From contig NW_020846072.1 in assembly GCF_003704095.1 (NCBI RefSeq), positions 1 to 64,000 on the forward strand: a stretch of DNA of 64,000 nucleotides. Reading direction: 5' to 3'. The position numbers were made by a program, and so were the translations under genes. This DNA is from Pocillopora damicornis (lineage: Eukaryota). Below the pieces are notes generated by a model. That model saw nothing but the letters and a program-made list of their open reading frames with translations, was not told the origin of the DNA and searched no databases. Shown in pieces: positions 50,501 through 62,000 of the stretch (position 1 is the first letter of the stretch; every line of letters begins with the position of its first letter).

Positions 50501-51868
50501 GAAAAATGCTGTGAGATCATATGGCTAGTCTCCTATAGTAATTCAATGCTTTGATATTATAAAATAATTAAATCATATGATTTCATTAAATAATTCCATG
50601 TTCCTATCATACACATCCTATTTAGTTAGAAACGGTTTTTTTTATATTTTTAACACTTAGTGGTAATGTGATAAAATGCTTATTGACTGAGTTTGTTCCA
50701 GCCAGAGGAGAAAATATTCGTTTCTCATAAATGACATACTGAACTCCCTTCGCTTAGTCCGTGCATATGTCATGAGGTTGAGCTAAATATTTTCATGTTC
50801 AGTTCCTCCCACTGAGTCAATAAGTACACAGTCTGACAGCTATCCTTGTGATAAAAGGATAACACAGTAACAGTACCTTTTTTTGCCTCTGTTCAGTCAA
50901 CTCTTCCTGTAGCCTGTGATACTCCTGTACACAGTCAAAGCAGTAGCAGAGATCTAATAGTAAATCTGCTGGCCAATCATCCAGTGGTTTATCAATATAT
51001 CCTGGGAGGTCGCTTTTCATAAAATCAGGTGAAGAACACCATTCACAGGTTCTATCAATTGACTGCCCCAGCCAACTACAGTCCTTTTCCTGCATTGGAA
51101 ATTAAACAAGAAAGGGAAAAAATTCCATACAGCTTATGATCCAGGTAAAATTATAACCTTGTTAGAAAAGCCCACAATTAAATCCAGAACGATATTATTT
51201 TAGGATCGTTCAGTGGTGTAAAGCATAACTAGATTCGACAAGACCTCGTGATTTCAGAGCCTTCTTGTTTGTGCTTTACATTCCTGCTGAGTTAATTTAC
51301 AGCAAAGAACTATGATTTCAAGGTTATTATTCTGGTGTGCAAGGTGAGCCTTGAAGAATATAGAACACCTGCCAAATTATGCAGCTGCACGCTCCATTAT
51401 GACCAGCTTCTAGACAATAGAGAATTTCTCTTCAAGTCCAAGATAACACTTTCTAATCTGAAGTCTCAATCGTACATAATTCACCTTCAACGTTTTAACA
51501 CCCAGAGAGTATTTTTAAAAGTCACTTTACCAAAGCGAGTAAGTTGTCCGAAACTCCTGACGATAAAGGATCAGGAAGGTAAGAAATGCACAGAGATCTA
51601 ATCTGGAGATACGTGACAAGATGAATGAAAATGCTACAAATTTACACACGGACAAAAGATGTCTCTCAAGCTCTGGTTCGCAGCCCAAAGTAAAAATATA
51701 AACACAGCTTACCCTTTTCACAACCACGTTCATCGCTGTGAGATTCCAATTTCAGTTCAACACTATCCGCTGGTTAACAGCTCAAGCTTTCTTCATCCAC
51801 GAGACGTTGTATCGTAGCTCCACATTACCGGAAATCATGTTCACCATGTGTCCACGGTCCTGCGCCAT
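20565..51868 (-). CDS. SETX: Senataxin (Sen1/UPF1-like SF1B RNA/DNA helicase), 29 exons, ~2559 aa
   Basis: Exons: 51868-51829, 51556-51531, 51089-50877, 47426-47331, 46824-46639, 43092-42753, 42183-41821, 40621-40455, 39633-39478, 38245-37731, 37119-36911, 36417-34949, 34526-34334, 33346-33239, 32740-32505, 31758-31609, 31390-31186, 30763-30522, ~30309-30098, 30016-29977, 29464-29357, 29043-28971, 25306-25201, 24791-24705, 23644-23510, 23038-22984, 22856-22792, 22555-22468, 22361-20565 (7680 nt, all GT-AG, phases consistent). SETX N-terminal motifs: CEWC..DLCYCFDCVQEYH, VPLLEMLRFPY, PGAYLLLVHP..VRGWA, FWPMLQCF. Helicase motifs: QGPPGTGKS, CAPSNAAIDE, IVDEACQ, LVGDPEQLP, QYRMHPEI, TVDGFQGREKD, RMNVALTRAR. 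The first two tiny exons are less certain. Confidence 0.95.
24274..24635. repeat. Intronic minisatellite, three diverged ~115-125 bp units
   Basis: Units start CTGATT.GT.ATATC.TTAGTTTC at ~24274, 24399 and 24513; each contains GAATTC(G/A)AACCAAA. Confidence 0.85.
33958..34075 (-). mobile_element. tRNA-derived SINE head
   Basis: The minus strand reads TGGCTCAGTGACAGAGCATC...GAAGGTCTGAGGTTCGATTCTTCGTGAGGAC (A and B boxes) with no intact cloverleaf. Confidence 0.65.
38431..38640. mobile_element. piggyBac-type MITE
   Basis: TAACCCTTTA...TAAAGGATTAA termini, ~210 bp; homologous to 41563-41780 and, inverted, to 56750-56961. Confidence 0.7.
41563..41780. mobile_element. piggyBac-type MITE
   Basis: TTAACCCTTTAC...GTAAAGGGTTA inverted termini. 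Confidence 0.72.
43638..43850. mobile_element. piggyBac-type MITE, degenerate
   Basis: TTAACCCTTAAACTCC...GGAGTTTAAG termini; same family as the copies at 12574 and 52649. Confidence 0.6.
43880..46439 (+). mobile_element. Ngaro-type (DIRS order) tyrosine-recombinase retrotransposon, internally deleted, in a SETX intron
   Basis: Split direct repeats A1 (43880-44068)...B1 (45945-46053), A2 (46062-46241), B2 (46316-46439). RT fragment FGVIPKKYQPGKWWLILDLS..AKFDVESMYPNVP..PFGLPSAPFIF (44600-44940). YR fragments GFFRFLRAGEF, IKCAKTN, FSGRSFKIGVAT and MGCWSSEAYLLY (45060-45810). Confidence 0.9.
47641..50600. mobile_element. Inverted-repeat-bounded Polinton/Maverick-like relic
   Basis: ~130-150 bp inverted repeats at 47641-47792 and 50472-50600 (TACTATAGGAGACTAGCCATATGATCTCAC..TATT/CATTCTCAGAAAAACAGG). 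Decayed ORFs carry fibre/adhesin-like repeats LDMKGNNIYNPADPVN*TGASNKWYID, LRMDGSKIMSGNLNMN..AAN.YV and DAKDKKIINLK...AVT, plus a small two-TM ORF (49141-49400). Confidence 0.6.
48661..49030 (-). mobile_element. Second Penelope-like RT fragment, nested in the Polinton-like relic
   Basis: YGFKSTKNPPPLDELKKFSDDMLKILQS..NPFLNKLKDD..LLIVTDKTMNFYKLEPSTYNNLLELNIT matches the (A)DKT.N.Y......Y..LL..NIT variant of the PLE RT N-terminus. It interrupts a plus-strand decayed ORF. Confidence 0.7.
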
Positions 51869-52648
51869 TTTCGTACAATAATCATGGGTCACGTGGCTAC
51901 TTTCCTGGCAGTTCAAGGCTCCATGTGGTAGTCACAATGTATCCTTTGTTTATTATGCTTTTACGAAGTCCTTGAGTACTTCGAGCAAACAATGTTCCAC
52001 AAATTAATCCGTCTTTAAATATGTGAGACTGCTTAAGGTCTTTTCATCGCTCATTGTAATCAATTACAAGGTAGTTATCTAAATTTCAGTAATTCGGGCC
52101 CGATTGATGGGTACAAGTCCGCAGGCATAATTCCTGGTCATTGGACACAGTAGACAACATCAACAAGACATCAGTTTAAGCAGGCATCACAGTCATATGT
52201 TTCCTTTACCCTCATAATATATCATTTTCCGTCACTGGACATCTATTTGTTTTATGTTGTCATCCACCTTCACAAGACATCGTCAAACCGGTTAAAGGCG
52301 TCACTCACCATTCTCCTTCGATAAGCATCATTCACGTTCATAAGATATCATTTATTATCATAAGACATCGTTCCCCGTCATAAGACATCATCCACCTTCA
52401 CCGAGCATCGTTCTCGTTTATTAGAAATCATTCAGTTTTGCCAGGGATCATTAAAGGTCGATAGACGGTGACAGAGATCGATGCCTTGTGATGGTAAAAG
52501 GTGAAAAACAAAACAAAACAAAAACGGTGAAAGATGTCTAATGACAGCTTACGTCGAGTGACCGTGAAGGATGCTTTGTGACGGAATTTCAAGGTCAAGG
52601 TTTCCTTCAAATCGTAGAAATGACTTTAATTATCATTAGGAAACTCCT

Positions 52649-52848
52649 TTAACCTTTTAACTCCCAAGACCCAATTTTCAATTGCCGGCAATTTCTTCCA
52701 AACATTTCTTTTGATTTCAGTGGTCTTAGAATTTAGTGCCAACTCAAACAAAATCCTCCAGTTGATTTTTTTCTTTCTTGTTAATTTCGTCTTCTCTAAA
52801 ATGTATCGATGATGCCTTTTTGGTCACTCCAATTGGTTACAGGGTTAA
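52649..52848. mobile_element. piggyBac-type MITE between CNOT2 3' end and SETX promoter
   Basis: TTAACCTTTTAACTCC...AGGGTTAA with TTAA at both ends. Confidence 0.65.
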
Positions 52849-53051
52849 AGCGAGGAACAACAGAAGAAACAGCCACCTAAAACTGCTCAAAAGTCTCTTT
52901 AATGATATCTGGTATATCACAAATCTCGAATAGCTTTTTACAAGTATTAAACACGACCAAAATATTATTTCAGAGACAGTGTACAAGATAAATCATTTTC
53001 ACAAAGAAAGTTCTTGCTCTCAAAGTCAAACACGTAGCTAGGCTAAAGATG

Positions 53052-56000
53052 TCATTGTGCTGTTACAGACTGCAGTGTAGGTTTGTCGTCTAGCTTGTCG
53101 TATTCCAAATGGAATTCCTTCGCAACCTTCCTCCACGTACTACAGTCAAAGAAGTAGTATGTTCCTCGTTCGTATGAATTCGTTTTTACTTGAGGATCAA
53201 CACCAGGAGCACGTGTCAACCATAGTCTTTCGTCTTTGTGGTAACGCCAATCACGTGCATACCTAGAGAGGATAACCAGTAAGCATTAAGATGACGCGTT
53301 ACACACGTGAGCACCTGTGCACTTTTGAGCCGAGGGCTTGAAAACCAAAACCAAACTCATTACGTAAACCAATCAGATAAAAGGGACGTAGAGCACGGAA
53401 CCAATCAGAACTTAAATTTGGTACAAGTCACCGGCCAGAAACACAGTAAAACACGAATGATCAAGTTGCGCTCGGTTAGCAGTAGAAGAGGGCCGATAGA
53501 AGCCGTGTCTTGACTTCACAAATAAGAAGAAAAGGTTAAGTTTCAATTGCAGGAGTTAAAAAGGTATCATTCCTTCGACAACGAAGTCTCCTCTGTCCAC
53601 AAATAGGGATTGCGTTGGGGGAACCTCACACTCAGCACACCAGTTAAAAAGAAATCATCCTAAAGAACTAGGAGGGTAAAAACAAATTGTCTGTACTAAC
53701 AGTTCAGCTGCGGCTGCAAGTTGGAGAATATCTCCTCCATTCGTGTAATAGAGATAGAAGAGCAAATCCTCCGTATACCGACTGAGTTTAATGGGTGCAA
53801 GCTGCAAAAACACAAAAGAAAAAAATATTACAATTTAAAAAAGATTAAGTATGAACAGACCTCAAAAAGCTGGTAAACCTCACAAAGAGAAAAAAAAATA
53901 AGGAAAAACAAAGACAATATTGAGACTTTAAAGTAATAAGGGTGATCGAAGTTGGACAGAACGCTTTGTTAGCTAAACAGGCCTGTTTGAACAGCTGTTT
54001 TTCACTACAACATCAATTCATCACAGTTCTATACCTTGTCCCTGATAAATGAGTTTATCCGGTACTCCGAGGGCACATGATAGTCTATGGAGAAAACACA
54101 GTAAAATTTTGCTCCAGAACTGATCTTACTGATCATAAATATTAAACTTGACAGTTCAACATGCGACTGCAAGTAGACATTGTCTTAAAAATAAAGGGTC
54201 TGTCACAAAAACTGTCACATGTTCGTTAAGCTTTGACATCTTTCGGTTTTTACAGCAAATCCTTTCAACAATTACTGTACTAATCTTTGCAACGGGACGG
54301 ATTCAAAAGGGATTAAAAATCAATAAAGTTTCCTTAGGCATTTTCAAAAGTATACATTCCTTTAGGGCCTTACCTATTTCATGTGGTCTACACGGACTGT
54401 CCGCAAACGGTGAACCAAACGTATGATAAAGACTCCTTAATTGCATCGACAAAAAAGTAGTAGTCAATACGTAAATTATTCACAAATAGTTTTAGCATTA
54501 AAATAAGTGAAAGGAAGATACCCTAACTCTTCACNNNNNNNNNNNNNNNNNNNNNNNNNNNNNNNNNNNNNNNNNNNNNNNNNNNNNNNNNNNNNNNNNN
54601 NNNNNNNNNNNNNNNNNNNNNNNNAAAAACTGATATATATGTACATTAGAAATAATGGCTACATTGAATTTAACTTGATTGTTTGGCACTTTGATGTAGT
54701 GTACTGGTAAATTTCACGGACTACATATCGCAAAAGATAGCCCCTCAAAATAAATGGTAGAAAAATTTCTTCAAAATTGCCGCAAACCACCGAAGAAAAA
54801 AATTGTATCCTTAAACTCCGTCCTTTAGCTAACAAAATATTTAAAAAAATCTTCCTGCTCGTCATTGTTCCTTTCGTCGTAAGAAGGTAAGCAGAAATTG
54901 ATATTTCACAAAAATAGTGCCCTATGGCTGACAAATTTGTCTATTTTCATATCAGAGTTTGGTGAATAATACATAGATATTATCTGCGGAGTAGTTAAGC
55001 TAAGAGATAAGGGGTTAATAACAATAATTATTTCATAAATTTTAAATCAAACATGCTCCAAAATATTTTCTACTTACTCTGGTGAATTTAAGTTAAGGCC
55101 TAACGTCGTGAGGTCACTAAAGAATAAGAAAAAACACAACTGTCAAGTAAACTCCGAGAAGATAACAGCTATGAAGTCGGAAACTGGGTAGCAGAGAACG
55201 CATGACTCTGTTGCACTTACCTCCCGAGCGCTAACGTCACAAGATTTGGTTCTGTTTCTGCAGCTCTAATGAATGTTAACAATCCTATCATTCCAAATTG
55301 ATCCGTTACCATTCCTTTTGGAATGTTTGAGATCATACCTGAAATACAAAGGTAGAGTGGTAATAATAACATATACATGCGGTGTCTTTCGATTGAGCGT
55401 CCTAAACCCAAATTAAAGTAAACTCAAAGACCAATCAACACCAAGGCGGAGTCCATCAGAAACCTAACCTGGACTATTATGTTTTAGGAGAAGGATTAAC
55501 CTTTGCCAAATGCTAATACAGGAAAATAAAACTGCCACTTGATAATTACCTGAAGGAGATGTCTGAATTCCTCTTGGTGGTTGCTTGTGATTTGTCGAAT
55601 TCGCCTTTGCCTCTGCTGTCGCGAATCTTCGTCAGAAAAGTAAAAACTGTACATTAGCCTGTCTACTCTAGCTTTCAATGTCAAACATTTCGTTTCAGGC
55701 ACATATTTTCAGAGGCATAAAACATTCTCGTAGTCTCTCCATACCACACCCGCCTTTTACAGTACCCCTCTACTGTCACGGAAACTAGGGTTATACTGAT
55801 ATCTCGAAGGCGTTGTGAGCGAACGAGATTTTGAAATTTCCTCCAGGTCTGAATGGGATTCGTGAGCAACTTGACTTGCGAATAAGGCAGCCTCCGAACT
55901 GGCTATAGTTTGGTGAAATCTTTAACAAGAAACTGATAAGTATGTCTCGAGATCAAAGAAACTCCTAACACCTCAGTGTTTGAAGAAAATGAGGGAGGGG

Positions 56001-59000
56001 GAGAAAACAACAGGCCTACAAGGTAGACTTTGACTTAGAGCCCTGACTGGACGATATCCCGAACTTGCACAGGACTGTTGCTCCGCCCTGGAGAGGAAAT
56101 GGGTATTAATAAATAACAAGGGAAATGTGACGAGATGCTGAAGGGTAACCGGCAATAGACCCGTCACCTTCGTCACATCCTGGAGGAGTAGCAATACTCC
56201 TCGCCACTTTATTCTATCACTATGAACACTAGAATAGGCTACAGTGGCGAGGCCGCTTAGATCGTGAAGTAAGAAGGTCATTACCTGGCGTCTTTTGCAA
56301 CATCTTTCAACGCTTGTTCATACGACGATCCGCCTCTAAGATCTAAGATTAGGAAATCAGCGAGGACAAATCAAGTTACTTCTCGTTTGAAAATATATAG
56401 GAAAAACTGTACATCTACTATTCGGGGTATTCCATGTAGGGAGCTCCAAAAGCATCCCTGCAGTCAAAAGGAGCCCTGACATCCCTGCTTTCATCAGGAA
56501 CCTTGTGGATAAAAACCTGATGGAAATAAAGTAACAGTAACTAAGAAAACGCTACCTGTTCCAGGGAAAATGCTTGAGCTTGCGGTGATAACCTGCAATA
56601 GAAATTATACAATTCATCAACACACGAACACTAGAGCGTGCCATTTAACCAAGAGTCTACAGTGTACTTACTGATGGCTTGGAAGGATCCTGAGGAACAG
56701 AACTGTCCGTTTGGCTTTCTGTGAGTACAAACAGAAATTTTAATCCTTTCTAACCCTTTACACCCTAACATCAGTATTTTTATTCTCCATACTGTTTTCT
56801 GTACATTTACTAAGGTGCTAACAAGGAGAATTTGTCGAACAATCGAGAGTTTCTTTGGTCGGTGATCATTTCCTTTATTCCCATGACATTAATGTTAGAT
56901 TCAGGGGTGATATTGTGAGGAGAAAATAGATGCTAGTCACTCTTAGAGGCTTCAGGGTTAAAAGGAATTGTAGTAATAACGTTGGAAAACTAATGAAGAT
57001 TTTTTTTCGACAATCGATCACCCTTTCCAGTTAGAAAGGCGCCTCTTATTTCTCTCCCTCCTGGGGTCTCGAGTCTGAGTTCTAAAATCTGAGTTCTTAA
57101 AATCTCGCGCTACTTTCTTAACCAATCACAAGCTAAACTCAAAGAAATTGCACCTTGCCACGTATATACCTCGCGCTCTCCAGCACTACAGGTAGCGTAA
57201 TAATACTTAAATCGAGTTCTCTACGACTGCTTATGATAGTTCCCTCATTTTAATAATCTGTTGCATTAACTTTGCTTTCCCTCTTACAACATTCAATCAC
57301 ATACACTCTCCAAAAGAAATTACCTGACTTAAAGGTATTTGAACCAGGGAGAGCAGGAAAGTCCTCATTATGAATTGAAAAATCCGGTGGAGGTTCAGCA
57401 GGTTTAGACACTACACCGTAACTTGGCCTATTGGGTAAGCTGCTAGGAGGTGCACTAACACCCCCTATACTGTCCAAACGTGGCACACCCTCCACACGGC
57501 TGAGACTCTCCAATCGGCTTCTGTTTGCTAGTGCCGGGAACTCTGACAGGTCTAACCCACCCGAACCACCTGGTGTCGCGTCGGCGAGTCCTGTGGATGA
57601 TGTAACTAACACGTGAGACAAGTGTTCTCTCTTGCACAAGTAACAGTTTTCTTTAGAGAATTCCTCTTGTGCAGTGACACAAAGTGAAAGCAAAGTATCT
57701 CGTCCAAAATGACAGAACAATTACCAATGACCCCAAACAAAGCTTCATCCTCGAAAGTTTGATCCACAGTGCAGTATTTTTGACAAAATAGCTAGCGGTC
57801 ACTATTAGAATTATGTGACAGAAAAAAAACAATCAAACAAACAAACAAAAACCTAATTTGTAAAAAACCTACAAAGTTGTTTTACAAGATTTACCTTGAC
57901 CAGCTCCTGAGAATATGTGCCGAAGAGATTTTGGTGAATCAGGTGCACCTATGATGCAAGAGAAAGGGAAGAAGGAAAGATTTCAGTCTTCATTCAACAA
58001 TACTAGAAGAATACAGGTAGCAAAACTGACATTAAGGTGAATTAGTGGTAATAATAGATGACATCTTCCTAATTCTAACCTTGCTTTAATGTTCCATTAC
58101 AATACAGCAATTGGAAAGACAAGTAAAATCTATCATTAAAGACAAGTAAAAACTATCATAAAAGAGGGGTTGTATTCCCTCTAAATCCTTGCAAATGTAC
58201 CTATTAGGGAGAGGTTTCCTCCAATAGTTTTTGCTGAAGATAATCCTGTAATGTACAATCTCCAGCATGTACAGTGTAAATGTGATTTTGAGTACGAGAA
58301 AGATGGTCCGGCTTAAATGAATACATAGAGGTCTGGTAATGACTATTCCCAGGAGTTACCATGTTTCCCTTGAGTAAAGTTGATTACATATTCAAATAAA
58401 AGTGTCAAGTTTCTACTTAGAAACCGTGGTACTGTGTTGGTGGGGTATTGCAAGATAATTCACTCTGACAAAGGGCTAATGCTCAAAATGTCAGTTTTAG
58501 AAACTATCTATGGCAACCAATTTACATCATCAACTCAGTTGATAAAACCAGAGTACCTGATTTTAAGTATTCTGAAATTAAGCCCGTTGGAGTTAAAAAA
58601 AGGTAGATACTAACAGAAAATACTTTCCCAATTATGATAATAATAAGAAGATCTTACCAGGAGGTTGAAATGCCCCTGAAAAAAGAGGAAGTCCAGAACC
58701 ACCCATACCCTGCAAGAGGAAGAGAAGGAAAAAAAGATTACACAGATATTACACTTGTACAGCTTAAATAACTGACCTGGAATATTTATTAATATCCCTT
58801 TACAACTGAATCTGAGCTCATGGCAACATGCTTTTTCACTATGAGAGAGTATACCCTTTCTAAAATACAATAAAATATTCTCTTAAAATATTCTCAATCT
58901 ACACGTACTGCAAAAATTGCAAGCCTTTTTTTCAATATCTTTTTACAAGGAATAGGTAATTGTTACTTTCCTAAGATACAAGTATATTACATGCATTCCA

Positions 59001-62000
59001 ATACTAGAAAAATCAAGTTAAACTATTAAACTACAACAAACTGGATCTACATCAATTAAAAATTGACTTGGGACCAGAAAAATTTTAAAAATCCAAAGGG
59101 TTGGAGGAAAGTCTTGGAGGTCAAGTGGCCCATAACTGCTACCACCCATCTCCAGTTCCTGGAGCATCAAGTGACTAGGGGCATGTGCTCAGGTCAGCTT
59201 ACCTTCCTATGGTGGAACGCTTGTCCATCACAGGAGACACCCCTTTATTTTGTTAAATTTCTCAAACAGCTTGCTGTCTTTTGATTGACATATCCTCAAT
59301 AGATGCACTCATATACATACAGTACCTGTGTCACTCCACTAGTTGATTGGCTTCTTGTGAGACCAAAACTGGACATGGGACCAGAAACAGAGCTGCTAGC
59401 ACCACTACTGATACTATTAATGAACACAACATCAATAATTAGTGGAAAGGCATAAGTAATGGATTTTATATAGAGGGAGGCAAACACTGATCTATTTCTA
59501 AATTATAGATTACAAGAAATGTTGATCTCACAAATTCACTTACACATGTAGGTGGTTGCCAGAGTGGCTGACTTCAAGCTGTAAGAAGCCCCTGACCTTA
59601 GCATTTTACTAAAAGTACCCTGAAGCTGATCTTATCTTTTAATGAACCACAAAATCTTATTTTATCAACAATACATGTATGTAAAGAATTATCCAATCAC
59701 AAAAACATAAGAAAATAGGTGTTCTACAATTGGGAATACACAAACCAAAAGAATTAAGCATGCAAAAAGATTTGTCTCATCACAGGTTGACTAAAGGTCA
59801 GAGAGGTGAATGTCTTACTAAGAGTAATGAAATGATGGGTCATGCTTTTACAAAAACTTGGAATACAGAGGTATGAGAAAATCATCAATAAGAATTCTGA
59901 CCAAGCTTCATCTTGTGAAGACAGGTAGGATGGTAAAAAGACCCTTTGAAAGTTATTTTAAAGAGCCACTGTGCATTTTCTTTTTTCTTTTAACTTTAAA
60001 CTGCTACAACTGTGAATAAAGTTTCGTCACCACATACCCCCCAAGGTTAAAGCCTCTCTGTTGATGTGTTTGTTGAGGTGTCTGGGGTGCATTCATTCCA
60101 ATTGCTAGTACTGGTGAACTTCTTGAGGAGCTGCTATAGGTCATGAAGGGTATAAATAAGGGAACAGGATGAATATCAGTGAATACATTACTAAAACCAA
60201 GCAATTTCAATTGAGCAATGAAAGTAATCCACTATTACACTGCTTTCCCTCAATGTACATTGCAATTTTTTCTAGAAAGTTGAGGAGCCTCTCCAGCCAA
60301 ACAAATTTAAAACTACTTGAAAATGTAACATGGTCTGTCATATTTTCCCACTTTACTGCCAGCTTACAAGTATTTCTTCAGGGTTCCCATTGGTTCCTTG
60401 CAATATTTATCTTTTTCTACTTGGCTGAAAACATTATTTAACTTGAACTGGTTTTCTGACATTCACCCCAAAAGAAGTTGAAGTTCATCAGGGTTTAAAC
60501 TCCAGAGAAAAAAAATGAATGAAAAAAATTAGTATATTTTTAATGGGTTTTAAAGGATAGAAAAATTCTTGAGCTTGCTCCTTTGTATTTTACAGTAAAA
60601 AACCCAATAAAAGGAGTANNNNNNNNNNNNNNNNNNNNNNNNNNNNNNNNNNNNNNNNNNNNNNNNNNNNNNNNNNNNNNNNNNNNNNNNNNNNNNNNNN
60701 NNNNNNNNNNNNNNNNNNGACCTTTTGTCAATGACTGTCACAATAATAATGACAATGTAGAGTGAATATGAGATAAAAACTTGGAGACCCTTTGATGTTT
60801 GACTGAAATAGCCACAAAAACCCAACAGTACAACCTCCACATCTGTTATAGAGTGTTAATGCACATTTTGCTAATTCTACAATGTTTACCTTGCTGACTG
60901 TGATGACATATTCCCTCCCTGTGACCCAACCATGTTGTGAAGACTGGATGGAATGCTGGGAACACCTGGAGTGGTTACACTTCCACTGAGTGATGTTGTA
61001 GAGTGGGTGGGTCCAGGATGTGACAAGCTTCTACCAAACTAAATAAGTGAAGTATCAAAGTGTATTAATTAGGAATAATATACTGGTGCACAGGTTACAA
61101 ATCCTTTTTGTAACCTCTAGAACTTATTTATTGAGGCAAAAAAGAAATCCAATTCTGGTTGGTAGTGAATTATGACAGTATAGAGTAATATCATTGATGT
61201 GTTATTTGGTCTCATCATCCAACTTGTTCTTGCTGAGGTAGAGAACGATTTGCTTGCCAAGATTAACCAATGGCTTCACAGGAGGCTTAACTTCTACATG
61301 AAGATCAATTTCATAAATACCTGAGCAGATGACATTCCTCTTGGAGCACTTGGTGGAACCTGCATGGAATTGACATTTGGAGGAAGTCCTAGCAAATGAC
61401 AACAATATATCATGTAAACCACAAAACAAACAGGAAATGCAAAAGTTGCCAACAATAAAAATAAACTCAGTATGAAAAAAAAAGAATGTGGACCACATAT
61501 CAGTAAACTTGAGGCAGTTCACAAAGATGAACCGCCTTTTGGTTGCTTCAAACATTCAGTTCTTCACCAGGCAAAGTTTCTTAACTCTAAGGTGTATCGC
61601 TGAAGAGTCAGCCTTGTGAGTTTTGCATCTCTTCACTAGTTCATTCACCTTTAATAAGTTACTCTTGTTGGTCAACTAAGTGTTCACCTGCTTTCTGATG
61701 CAAACCTCATCAATTTGTGCTTATTAGAACTTATCTTACCAACTGAATGATATCATGTGGGATTTCCCACTTACATAAATAAAAACTTAATTAATTTTCT
61801 AAATACCAATGTTAGAAGTAACAAGCAGTTTCTGTTAGCTCAAAAAAATCTTCTGACGACCTGACCATAGCCAGGGCTGCAAATAACTGTTCAACAGATC
61901 ATAACTGCTACCTAACCGTATTTCTGAACAAATGTTTTCCCCAAATGAAAAGCAGTGAAACTGGACACTTGTGATTGGATTCATTCCTTTTAGTAAAGAA

